From contig NC_091476.1 of NCBI RefSeq assembly GCF_036971445.1, positions 133,548,001-133,612,000 on the forward strand: a stretch of DNA of 64,000 nt, in the 5' to 3' direction. A program made the position numbers and the translations under genes. The notes beneath the pieces were generated by a model. The model was not told the origin of the DNA. It ran no database searches and saw only the letters and a list, made by a program, of their open reading frames with translations. The stretch is from Narcine bancroftii. Lineage: Eukaryota. Of this stretch, positions 26,100-37,877 are shown piece by piece (the stretch's first letter is position 1; every line of letters starts with the position of its first letter).

Positions 26100-27060
26100 A
26101 AATAAATAAGGCCAAAGAATACTGACTTTGGCATCAAGAAGAATGAAGTGATAGGTGATTCTGGAAGAAGACTAAAAATGAGAGTAACGTTAGCCTCTTA
26201 CAATAGAATAATGAGTGCAATATTCCAAAGTTCAGTACCAGGATTGTTACTGTTAACAATTGAATGATTTGGAATCAAAACTATTATCTTGTGTTTGATA
26301 CAAATTAGATGGGTGAAACAAATAATTCTGAGAATTATTTTTTCTTTTAGGAAGACATTCATAAACTTGAAACTGCAAATAACTGGTGAATAAAGTTCAA
26401 TGCTGAAAAATGCAAATAATTTATATGAAGATTAGATCATTTTAATTGCAATTGAGAGTTTAAAGAGAGTAGATAAAATAATCTGAGCATATAAATGTAC
26501 CAGTCACTTAAAAGTTATAGAGCTATAATACATGGAAACTAGGTACAATACTTTTGTTTATTTGCAGAGGCATGGAATTGAAAGGTTAGGGAAATATGCT
26601 TTATTGTACCTCAGCTGGAATATTTAGTACAGTAAATGTGATTCTTTATAGAAAGGACATAGACACTGGAGTGGATGCAGAGAATATTTACTAGAATTAT
26701 AATAGAAATGCAAAGATATACATATCAGGAAAGGGTCTCTGAGCAATAGGCCATGAATTACATTGGAGAGATCTTTAAAATAATGAAATGTTTTAATAGT
26801 GTGATTGCAAAGATTTTTTTCCACTATTGGGTGAGAGCATGACTACCCATTATCAATATGTGATGATGCTCACTGAGAAATGCTGGAAGGAAATGTAGTG
26901 AATATGGATCTTTACAGAATAAGTCCATTTAAAGGGCAAAATGGACAAGCAGATGAGTGAGAATGCAATGGAGGGCTTTACTCCTCATTTTAATGGAGGA
27001 GGCTTGAATTGGGTATGAGCTAGTATGGATGGGCCAAATTGTCAGCATGTGCTAATTTCC
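26100..27060 (+). mobile_element. Highly decayed CR1-like LINE 3' part
   Basis: Remnants of GSVLGxLLF, NAEKC and VQRxFTR motifs and a GGGCCAAAT tail. Confidence 0.5.
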
Positions 27061-28398
27061 CATGTAAAGCCAAAAATGAGATATAGAATTTTTTTGATTC
27101 TATTGAGCCATAAAAAGGAGTACCCAGATTGAAAAAAAATCACTCACTCACCATTATTGGCTAAAATTGACATAGGTCATAAAGTCATGACTTGTGCTTG
27201 ACTTGGATTAAAGTGAGGGAGAGTTGCGCAGGTTGTCAGCCTCACTCTCTAGCCCTGGCCTATCTGGACCCAGTGGCAAATATAGTCGAAATGGTTGGAG
27301 ACACATCAGGATGCAGTGGATAGCCAGCAGTGTTGTGCATGTGTCTCACTGCCCTCTTAGGGCTCCACGATGCATTGCTGAGAATTCCCTTTCTGCTTGT
27401 TGAATCAGTGATGTTTCTTCCACACAGTTCACCGAATCCATGCTTCACACACTAGCGAGACAAGCTCTGAGTGTTGAGGGTCCATGGCAGTTCTTGCGGC
27501 GTGCTCGCAAGCCTCCCTACCCATTGTTGGGCATCCTCATCTGCAGCTGTTGGGAGATATCTCTTCTTCCGCCTGCTCTGCCGTTGAGATGATCACCTAC
27601 TGGTGTAGTAATGACACCACCCCCTCACTTGTTTTCGCCCGCTAGCTGAAGCGGTTTCCAGGTTGTGGCACAAGGAGCCAACAACTGAAAGATTTAGGAG
27701 ATGAGTGAGGTCCAGTGATGCCTACCACTTTCATAAATCAATTCATTGAATACACAGACAGTTTCCTGAAGCAACCATTGTTAATTATTGGGATTACTGT
27801 CTTTTCAGAATAAATACATTTCCATTAATTGGAATAAGGCAGCAATACAAGCTTGTTTATCTCATCACACCCTCTTGTCCCAGGATTGACCTTTGAGACA
27901 TTATCAGTGAGCCAAATTGAAAAAGGGACAAAATGGGTATCAACAACTCTCACAATTAATGCTGTTAAGGACTGTCAATCACTGGTTGAATCACTGGTTG
28001 GGCCATAACCAGATTTCACCCCAGAGTCTGTTACTTCACTGAACTACTACATGTCATAACCAGCAACAAACCCTCCAATAATAAGGATGGTCTGATGGCA
28101 TCATTGATGTCTGAATTCCTTCATTGACTCTAGAGTATGAGTTGACTAGAACAAATCAAATTGGCATATGTCGGGGGATAAAAGTAGTTTTCTTTCTAAG
28201 AATAAATGTGTTGAATTAAATGTTTCCTACAGGAAGTAATTCTCAGCTAGTGTCTATGTGTCTAATTAAAAAGGAATGTACATTGAAGTGTCCTGAGCAG
28301 AAATTTCTTCTGTGACAAGATAATTGTTCTTTATAACCTCCAGTATGACTTCATTTTGACTTGTGTGCCAAATTATTTTGTTGTATTTTATAACTTAG

Positions 28399-28521
28399 GA
28401 CCTATTGAACTCGCTTCTTAAAGACTGTTTGTGTCCACCAAGGCCTGATGCTGTTTGCCATTATCGATTCTGTTCTACCCATATCAAACGTGACATTTAT
28501 AGGTCTGATCCTGACTTCAAG
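28399..28521 (+). CDS. TTC3: TTC3-like exon (DLLNSLLKDCLCPPRPDAVCHYRFCSTHIKRDIYRSDPDFK)
   Basis: Matches TTC3 'ECKFPPVPDAICCYQKC...IYITDPDFK'; phase 0/0. Confidence 0.93.
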
Positions 28522-28599
28522 GTGGGATAATTTGATTTGTTCACTGGCATGTGTATCAGCTAAATTTATATTCATTTGAATTGTCATAATGTTACATTT

Positions 28600-30860
28600 G
28601 CAGAGTAGGTGGGGACGGAAATATCTGACCGGGTGAGGCCAAGGTTGCCATGGGATTAAGTAGTTGTAGTCATCTAATCAATGGGTGAATGGGGGCAGTT
28701 AGAGAAAAATATGGACCAAGTGAAGATGACATTTCGGGCCTGAGCCTTTCTTCAAGGAATAAGCAGAATGAGCAAAAAACAATGACCTGTCCATCTCTCG
28801 CAACATTCTCTCTTTCTTCGATCTCTCTCTGGCTCCATCTTGGGAGACGAACTCTCGACAGACATTTCTACAAACCTGCCAACTCCCACAGCTACCTCGA
28901 CTACACCTCTTTACACTATGTCCCCTGTATGGACTCCATTCCATTCTCTCAATTCCTCCATCTCCATTGCATCTGCACCCAGGACGAGGACTTCCATGCC
29001 AGATGATCAGAGATATGCTCCTTCAAATAATGTGGCTTTCCCTCTACCACCATCACTTGGCCCTCACCTCATATACTTCAATACCCGCACATTGCCCTGG
29101 CCCCCTCCGCCCCCATGTACAACAAGGACAGGAATCCTCTTGTTCTCACCTACCACCCCACCAGCCTCCACATCCAGCATATCTTTCTTTGTCTTTTCCA
29201 CCACAAACTATGTGATTGCACCACTAGACACATTCCATTCTCCTCTGCCTTCTGCAGGGACCAGTCCCTCCTTAACTCCCTTGTCCACTCTACCCTCCCC
29301 ACCAATCATCCCCTTGGTACCTACCCCATGACCACAGGAGATGCTTCACTTGCACCCACACCTCCCCCTCGTCACCATTTTGGGCCTCAAACAGTCCTTG
29401 CAGGGGTCACTTACTGCATCTTTTGCCCCCATTGTGGTCTCCTCACCATCAGAGATACTGGGCGCGGACTGGGAAATCGCTTTGTTGAGCACCTTGGCAA
29501 AAGCATGGATCTCCCAGTGGCCACCCACTTCAATTCTTCATCCCATTCCCTTGCTGACATATCTGTTCATGGTCTCATGCACTGCCAGACTGAGACCACC
29601 TGCAAATTGGAGAAACACCAGCTCATCTTTCAATTGGGCATCCTCCAACAAGATAGCGTAGATATAATACATCTCCAATTATCCAAAATCTTCATTTATC
29701 TGAAATTGTTTTGGACCTGGAAGAGATGTCTGTTTGCCTCCGAAAAATTTTGGATAAATGAGGATATCTGAAACAATGAAAAATCCTAAGTTATCCTAAT
29801 TTTTAAAATCCAAACTGAACTCGTGTTCAAAACAAAAGTTCACCTAACATGAAATTAGAATGATGATTATCCTTGATTTACGTAACTCCTTCCCCTCTCT
29901 CTTTCCATTTCTTCTTTATGTACTGCTATCGACTTTTCTCTCCAGTTCTCCCTCTCAAACTGCGTGCCACTCTCTCAGAAGAATCCCTTGTTCTGGCGTT
30001 ATCAAGGAGAGCAACCTTCCAGGCAGGAGTGGGAGCTTGAACTCTTGGGAAACTCAGTGGAGAGGTGTTGGTGATTGTCAGCAGCATTTGGGGGTAGGGG
30101 GAGGTGTACGCACAGGAGAAGACGGGGTCTGTGTCGGGTTCCAACATCGAGAATCAGGACGCGAAGCTGGAATAGCCCCTGCTAGAACAAGTCGACAGGG
30201 GGACAGAAGCCTGCCGACTCACCAGTGTGCGTTCCACTGGCCCAGGAACCCTTCCCAATAATTCGTGGAAGCAGTGGGTACATGTTGGGGTTTGGCGGCG
30301 GCGGTTGAGAGGTCTTGGTGATCGTTGGGGACATGGGGATTGGTGGCGGCCAGCATTTTTTTGGTGAGAATTAAACATTAGTTTAATGCTTATAAAGCGT
30401 TACCTTGTTTGTTGTTTAAACATTGATACAAGTAATTTTCTGTTGATACTGGGCTATTTTAAAAAAAATGGCCAATTATCCAAAAAAATTCAGTAATCTG
30501 TAATAGAGGACCAACACCGGTCCCGACCATTTTGGATAATTGGAGTTGTACTGACTTCTCTTTCGTTTAAAACCCCCATTACCTTCCCCTGCTTTGTATC
30601 TCTTTTCTTTTTCCCTGTCTCCTTTTGTACAAACATGATCAATTCTCACCTCTCCCCTTAAATCCAAGTAACATCTTTTGTTGGTCTGGATTCCTCCCCC
30701 AGCCAGATCCTCTGAATTCTGAGACTTCCTGCTTTTGGCTCATTCTGCTTCTTCCTTGAAGAAGGGCTCAGGCCAAAAACTCAGCTGATCTTTCATTGTC
30801 TCCTATGGTTGCTGAAAGACCAACTGAGTTCCACTGGCATTTTGGTATGTTTTTTTACCT
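28600..30860 (+). mobile_element. Penelope-like element (RT C-terminus + GIY-YIG endonuclease), interrupted by a MITE
   Basis: YKPxNSHSYLDYTS/SIPFSQFL, PLVLTYHP, 'VTYCIFCPHCGLL..DTGR.LGNRFVEHL', PVATHFN; inverted terminal copy at ~28720-28770 vs ~30740-30790. Confidence 0.85.
29667..30554. mobile_element. Tc1/mariner-pogo-like MITE (CAGTACAACTCCAATTATCC-type TIR)
   Basis: Inverted ends ..ATCTCCAATTATCCAAAA / TTTTGGATAATTGGAGTTGTACTG; related copies at ~19727, 34925-35299, 42841-43171, 61989-62709. Confidence 0.7.
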
Positions 30861-31201
30861 AGTTGAGAGGAAGAATTTTGAGAGTCATGGTAAATGAATG
30901 GTTGAATGGGACTAGCTGGATTGCTCTTGTATAAATGTTTCCAAGTTGATGGGCCAAATGTGTTGTAATCATCTGCAGAAGGGTAACTGTTATATGGGGC
31001 CACAAAAGTCAATGCCATATATTTTGGGAACTGCTCTTTGGACAATGCTTACTTTATAGACCTCCATTTTCTGTTTTCACCTCAAATTGATCTGCTGAGT
31101 ATTTCCAGCATATTTTGTTTTTATTTTTTCTTATAGTTCATATACTATGAACTATGTAGTTTCATAGGACAAAATTAAAGATGCACTTTCTGTTTCCACA
31201 G

Positions 31202-31303
31202 GGATTTGTCAGAGTTCACTGCAGCTGTGATTGCCATATTGAATATCATTTGTATTGCTGGAAACGCTGCAAAATTAAAGAGTTTCAAGATAAAATAGAA
31301 AAA
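31202..31303 (+). CDS. TTC3: TTC3-like exon (GFVRVHCSCDCHIEYHLYCWKRCKIKEFQDKIEK)
   Basis: Matches TTC3 'GFIRISCCQYCKIEFHMNCWKKLK...FNDKIDK'; phase 0/0. Confidence 0.93.
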
Positions 31304-31583
31304 GTTAGTATTATATTGTCTCTTGTAATGTTTTTCTGTTTGAAAGCAATTTCTGAAGGACTCGAATGCAAAACATAGTTTTGCATATAATCAAATTACT
31401 TTTTTGGAAAAGATACTGGACTGAGACCAATGGTTAGAAAGGGGCTGAGAATCTGTGGGTCCAACCAAACTACAGGTCTGTGGATTTATCATTGATTAAA
31501 GATGTTCTTAATTCCTGCTTGGAGTCATGATAAAAGTAAACCTATTTCACTTTTAAAATTGAACTTATTTGGAAATGTTTCAG

Positions 31584-31670
31584 GATATTCTGGGTTTAGA
31601 TTGCCTTACACCTGACTGCATGGGAATAATCTGGAAGGTTGATATTTTTCAAGACTCACGGCAAAAGACG
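31584..31670 (+). CDS. TTC3: TTC3-like exon (DILGLDCLTPDCMGIIWKVDIFQDSRQKT)
   Basis: CLTPDCxG motif of TTC3; cAG/GTGAGT; phase 0/0. Confidence 0.93.
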
Positions 31671-32109
31671 GTGAGTTTGTTTGGATAAATATTTGCATGT
31701 GTTAGTGTAAAATAGGGTTTGAAATGTTGTATTTCCATCATACCTGCAGTGGGATGATGGGAATTTTGATTGTCAGGGATGAGGTTTAGTAGTTTAGTGA
31801 GTGAAATAAGAATTGAAGACCCACTACAAATCCGGATAAAGTTAATTTCAGTAATTATGTACAAAGGGAAGTAAAATCATAGATCATTACAAAAATTCAA
31901 CTGAGACTCCATGGAAAAATTCTTGCTTATTTGAGTCCATTTGCAAAAGAAATCTGCCTTCCTTATTGATCCATATTCACTGTGTTTTGTACTTGATTCT
32001 GAACTACCTACTGAAATCACCCAGCAGTTCACTTATTTTGAGGGCAACTTGGGATGGTGAACTTGCATGACTACTCTTTAAAAGAAAATTCCTTATCATT
32101 ATTTTGTGA

Positions 32110-32610
32110 AGGTCAAATTTATTGCCAGAATACATACATGACATCACATACAACCCTGAGATTCCTTTTTCCTCTGGGTGTAGCAGAATTACCATGAATT
32201 GGTAGTGCAAAACTAAACTGTACACAGCGTGAACATGTAAGCAAATAAAAGAACTGTAAACAGATGACAAATATAAACAAACTGCAATACAGGGAAAGCA
32301 AAAAAAATCAATAAAGTGCACAAGTATGAGTCCTTAAATGAGTCCCTGATTGAATTTGTTGTGAGGAGTCTGATGATAAAAGGGTAGCAGCTGTTCCTGA
32401 ACCTGCTGACGTGAGTCTTGTGGCACCTAGACCTCTTTAATGATGGCAGCAGTGAGAACAGAGCGTGTGCTGGATGGTGTGGGTCTTTGTTGATTGCTGC
32501 TGCTCTCTGGCAGTAGCATTCCCTGTAGATGCTCTCATTTGTAGGGAGGGTTTTGCCTGCAATGTTCTGGGCTCTACCTTTTGGAGGGCTTTGTGCTCAG
32601 GGGTATTGGT
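32110..32610 (-). mobile_element. Rex/Babar- or L2-like LINE 3' end
   Basis: Minus-strand 3' UTR ending ..GGCAATAAATTTGACCTT, preceded by decayed ORF2 tail. Confidence 0.5.
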
Positions 32611-32790
32611 GTCACTTTGTGCAAAGTGGACACTTTATTAAATTTCCTCTCAATCTTAATTTAGCAATGGGTATTATTATCAAGTCCCATCTCTCTTTGT
32701 TCAGTCTCTGATTTTTCAGTTTCATGGATCAGCAAAAGTGTTTTAGACTTTATGCCTATTATTAATCTTTACATACTCCTACTTCTGCAG

Positions 32791-32858
32791 ATTGAGAGTT
32801 CCAAATCAAAAGAGAGTAAAGGAGGTAGGAGCACAGCAACCAAACAATCTGGTAACAT
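32791..32858 (+). CDS. TTC3: TTC3-like exon (IESSKSKESKGGRSTATKQSGN)
   Basis: ctgcAG / GTAAGT; phase 0/2. Confidence 0.72.
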
Positions 32859-35800
32859 GTAAGTTTAGTTATTGACTTGTTTTATTTGTTTCATAAATGT
32901 TTAAATTCACAACAAAATGTATAAATGAAACAAATGTATGAATAGTAGGAAGAAAAATGGGGGAATATGGTCAAGATATCTGCACGTGTGCCTGATCTTC
33001 TCCCTACGTCATGGTTGTGCAGCTGTAATGTGTTGTTTTAACACTTGTACTCTGTGCCCCATCTGTTGAAAGCAAGTGTGCCATATGACTTCTTCACCAC
33101 CTTGTCCACACTTTCAGTGTACTTGTGCTTCCAGGTGTCTCTGTTCTGTTACATTCCCCGGGGACCTGCGTATGTCCTGCCTTGGTTTAACTTCCCAAAA
33201 TGTATCATTGCCTTTGAATCTAGCTGTGCTGCGAATGTTGTGCAAAGTGTATTGGAGCTGTTATTCTCATTGCAAGGCTGGAGTAATTGTTTCCTTGTGG
33301 TTTACATCCCCTCGCTGAATAATTCTGCTTTTGCAATCCAGCTTCGCCCTCTAATACAGTTAGAAATTCTGTACTTTGCTTGTTGAACTGGACTTGTGCA
33401 TGGCTGAACTTTGTAGAGAAATAGTGGAAAAATGCTGGCTTAATGCAATGATTCAAGATTATTTTCTTGCCATTTAGTAGAACAGAAAATGTAATATAGT
33501 TATGTAATCTTTTATCTGAAATTGTGAAAACCAAAAAAACAAACATTTTTTATTGCATGTGCAGTATATTTTCAGGTGTTAAGCTGAGTTTGAGCCAGTT
33601 TTAGTTTGAAATCTTACTGTATGTTTTAAAAATACAAGGATTGTCCTCCAGCAGAATTTTAGCCATCATGGTTAAAGGGTATTTGACAGAGGGAGTGGCT
33701 CGGGAAGAGAGCGGCAGCATGGCTTGGGCTGGTGAGTGAGGAGAGAAAGGCAGCGCGACTTGAGTGGGGAGAGAGTGGTCTATCTCACTTTGTTTACCAC
33801 CCCCATCCAATGTCGCTGTGGACCACCCCCACAGCAATTACTTAAAAGTACTGCTGTTTTAATATTATTTCGTTGTCCAAAAAATTCTGAAAATGTCTGG
33901 TCCCAAGGATTTCGGATAAAAGATTAAACATCTGTATTACACAAAATTTCCTTTAATCTACCAAAAGGCAGACAAAGATTTGCCAACAGGAAGAAATTGC
34001 CCAGCATCCCTTATAGTCCAAGGGGAAAAAAAAGAAAAAGAGAGTCCCTCCAGAGTTGCTGAGTGTCCATGGATTCACCTCCAGTTCTCCCACAGCCACA
34101 GAGCCTTCAGTCCAATCCATCGCCAACCTGAGCTACAGATCCAAATCATTGATATGAGCAGGAAGCTATCAGTATCCTTGGCACTCTTTCGCATCTCTCT
34201 GAAACCTGGTGCCCTTTCAACGAGTCTTAAACAAGCCTCTTGACTGCATTTGCCCACAGCCTGCATAGGTTCCTTGCCTCGAGTCACCAACAGCCTGTGT
34301 CTTCTTTAGCATTAGAGCCCCTTACTAATTTGCCACTGTGGTTGCTGTCCCGTAGGGTGATTTCCTTTGCTACTCCTCAAAGGAAGGGAGGTTGGGGTGT
34401 TTGCTATCTGGTGCCCAGTGATCAACTGCAACCAATTTTTGCATTTTTAGAAACGGCAAAGGGGGAAATTGCTCACTTGTAGTATTTTCCAAATTGTTCT
34501 CCTAACTCCAGCGAGTGAGCCTGATGTGCCATTGCCACAACTCATGGTGGGAACAGTGCACTGACTTTGTATCAGATTAGATCTGGCACTGAGGCCACTG
34601 TTTCCTTCATTTTGATGGAGGCAAACAGCTGCTCAGCTCCAACATAAATAGACATGCAAGGCAAGTTGATACTGGGAGGCAAGTGGTAAAACTGACAGCT
34701 TGACAATGAATTCTGTGGGAGGAGGACTCCTTTAACAAACCCCTCAGGGTCATTTTATTGGGACCAAAGGCTTGATCTTTGTAGACAGGACAAAAGGGGA
34801 ATTTTAGAGGATGGTTCTGAATATCTATGAACAATTTTGTGTTTCCTCGTGCCCAAGTTGTGTTCATGAGGAAGCAGAAAACGAAAAAACAAAAATTAAC
34901 CAATCTCGTCTGCTGCTAAATGGAATTGTGATTATCTGAAATGGTCAGGACTGGGCCCATTTTGGATACATTTTTTTGGAGAACTGGTTATTTTTTAAAA
35001 CAGCCCAGTAGCAACAGCAAATCACTTGTAACAGTGTTCAAACAACAACAAACAACAAGGGAAGGCTTTTTAAGCATTAAAATGAAGTTTAATTCTCACC
35101 AAAAAAAAAAATGCTGGACATCACCGATCACGAAAATTTCTCCACCGACGCCCCGCTCGTGCCAGGAGCCTGAGGGTCCCGCTCCTGCCTGAGAACTTGA
35201 GGTCCGCTGCTGCCACCACCGTGGGCCCAAGGTCCCCAGTCGGTTTGGCTCTGAAAACATTTTGGATAAATGAGGATTTTGGATAATTGGAGTCTACTGT
35301 ATTTGATCTGAAAAGTTCAATCACATTTTAATTTCAAACAAATGGGTGAAACGATAACTGTAGTAACTACTATCCAGAAAAAAAGCCACTCGGAGTCAAA
35401 GTGGGCTCTTTACTGTGACGTATATGATTAAATTTTTAACAAAGGCCAGATGCATTTTAAATTGTTTATTAGTGAACACAAAAGGACTCATAATGTGGTA
35501 ATGGTAACGATAATGTCCTTGCTAACATTTCTAACTATAACGACCAGTCTCTTCAGTAATGTAAAATGTATCGTCCAACAACCAACGTGTACCGTTGAAC
35601 AGAAAATATCGGAGCCTTACTCACCCACCGTCTATCCCACCATACCAGTCAACACGGGATAACTAACTGCCCCAAATGCACGCAACCCCTGCATGTGCGC
35701 CAACCCAAATCAATAGTGCATGTGCACTGGGAGATACCGAACGCGTGCAACCCTGGGATGCCGTTGATGTCTGCAGGCAAACCAACATTGATAAACAATA

Positions 35801-36028
35801 GGCCTTTGGCTCTTACACCAGTCCCTAAATATTATCTCAAATAATAATTACACAATTTTAAATAACAATCATATATAGTAAATTCTAATATTATGTTGAT
35901 CTTTTTTCTGCATTCTTCAGAGGTCAGAGGTTACTAGCACATAGCCTTGAAAAGAATGATCTTTACCACCACTCTGGACCAGTAAAGTCTGTGTAGTGGA
36001 CAAGGGATAAGGTCCAAAAACAACAAAA

Positions 36029-36910
36029 ATAAAGTCAGGCAGTTTTTAGTTTTCTTTCACTGTCACAGCATTATACAAGGAAATTTAAATTCCTCCGGAC
36101 AGATCTGTGGCTTTTTAACAATAACATGTTATTTTTAGCAGCTTTGTCAAGAAATTCTGTTTCAAGGACACTGTCTCTATTTGCATTCCAATGTGTATTG
36201 GGTTGTTCATCATTGTGCTTCTGCAGGTTGAATCAGCCAGAGACACACAGAATCCACTTGATCATCATTTACATCATAAATCACCTTTGATTTCACAGCA
36301 CTGTTCTGGCCTATTGCTTCAGCACCCCCAGAATATTAGATCCATTGCGAGACCAATCCCATAATGTGATTATTTTCAGTCACCCCGTAACATCCAATAT
36401 TTTTCTAAGCACCAGCAAAAGTCAAACCAAACTTGATTACATCCACTGGCTTTGAAAGAAAACTTAAAAAACAAGTCACAGATAGGCACAGCTCCCTTTA
36501 TGTCAGGGACAAAGGGGAATTCCACACCATGAACATTGGCACATATAGTAACAAAAAAGGCATTTGGATTCAAATTCTAATTGGTTGGATTAGGAATAGT
36601 TCTGTAAGCACCAATCTTGGCATGCACAATATTCACTTTTCCATATTTCTCTGCTTCTTTGGCTGCATTGGTAGACCAAGCTCTAGTAACCACATAATCT
36701 GCACTCCTCTTTTAATCCAGTAAGATTTAAAGTTACAACACTGAACTGACCAGTTCCACCTCCTGGAGAAAGATCACTTTGTAGTTTTTCAGAAATTTTT
36801 AGTTTTTGCAGGTAATTTTCTGCAATGTTGACAACTTTGAAGTTTGCTGATCCATGACTCATTTCCAGAACACTAATTCCAACCTCTCTGTAATCGAACA
36901 GCTCTTTCTG
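36029..36910 (-). pseudogene. PSAT1: Processed (intron-less) phosphoserine aminotransferase copy, frameshifted and internally deleted
   Basis: [96 protein letters not shown] are collinear with PSAT1. Confidence 0.93.
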
Positions 36911-37627
36911 TGCTTTTGAATTCTGGTAAACAACCACAACTTCTTTCAAAGGGTACTTAATAGGAAGGGTCTTTCTGTCTCGGATCACTCTTCCGAGCTC
37001 AATAATTGACTGCATTTGGGCGATTGCTGCCTCAATACGTTTATCAATAACAGATTCCCTTACTTGTGGGAGCATGAGCTAGTAAATGCTTTGATTATCC
37101 TTTGATCAACCAGGTGCCTTATGTTCTGGTACACGAGTTCAGTGATAAATGGTATAAAGGGTGCTATCAGCCAGCATGTCAAATAAAACAGCAAGCAATG
37201 TTTCCAAAACTCTTTCACAATTCTCAATATCATTTTCACCCTTTAACTTTCTATGATTTATTTGCACATACCAATTTGTGAGAATGTCCACAAATTTGAC
37301 TAGTCTGGGCACCATAGTGTAGAGTCTATATGTTTCAATTTCTACTTCGAAAAAATGGATTAGGGTTTGTGCAAATGAAAGCATCCATTTATCCATGATG
37401 TCACTGACCTCAGCTGTACTTCCATTGAAAATAAATTGAAAACCCTCTTCCTTCTGCAATCTCTGAATATTCTAAATAAGGAATCTGGATACATTGAATC
37501 AAGGTAGGAAGTCAACCTTGAGAACATCTCTCTCCTCCTTTAAACTGTAAATTTTCTGCTCTTGCAACAGCCTCAATACATCTGCTCCATAGGTGTTAAC
37601 AATGTGAATTGGATCTGGCTAATTCTT
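36911..37627 (-). pseudogene. IARS1: Processed (intron-less) fragment of cytosolic isoleucyl-tRNA synthetase (post-KMSK region and anticodon-binding domain)
   Basis: KN*PDP..YGAD.LRL, LQKEE, DKWMLSF, YRLYTMVPRLVKFVDILTNWYV, MQSIIELGRVIRDRKTLPIKYPLKE; stops and frameshifts present. Confidence 0.95.
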
Positions 37628-37877
37628 ACATTTTGTGTTAATAGTTGTTATGCAGCAACTGGTAACCAACAATCCCGTAACTGTTCTCGCATGCATCAGC
37701 AAAATAATGCAGTTGAGCAGATGTCACCATTGCAAAGTTTGTGGGTTTGAAACATCTGTCAACCATAAAGCTTTCCAGCTTCTGAAGATCCTGAATCCAA
37801 CACATTCATTCCTGTACTTATTTTTGTTTCTTAAATCGTTTGAACAACTCAGAAAACGATGTTTCAATTGTATTCAT

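Noticed and set aside
36029-37627. Functional IARS1, PSAT1 or fusion gene at this locus
   Set aside because: Multiple stops, frameshifts and deletions; only fragments remain open
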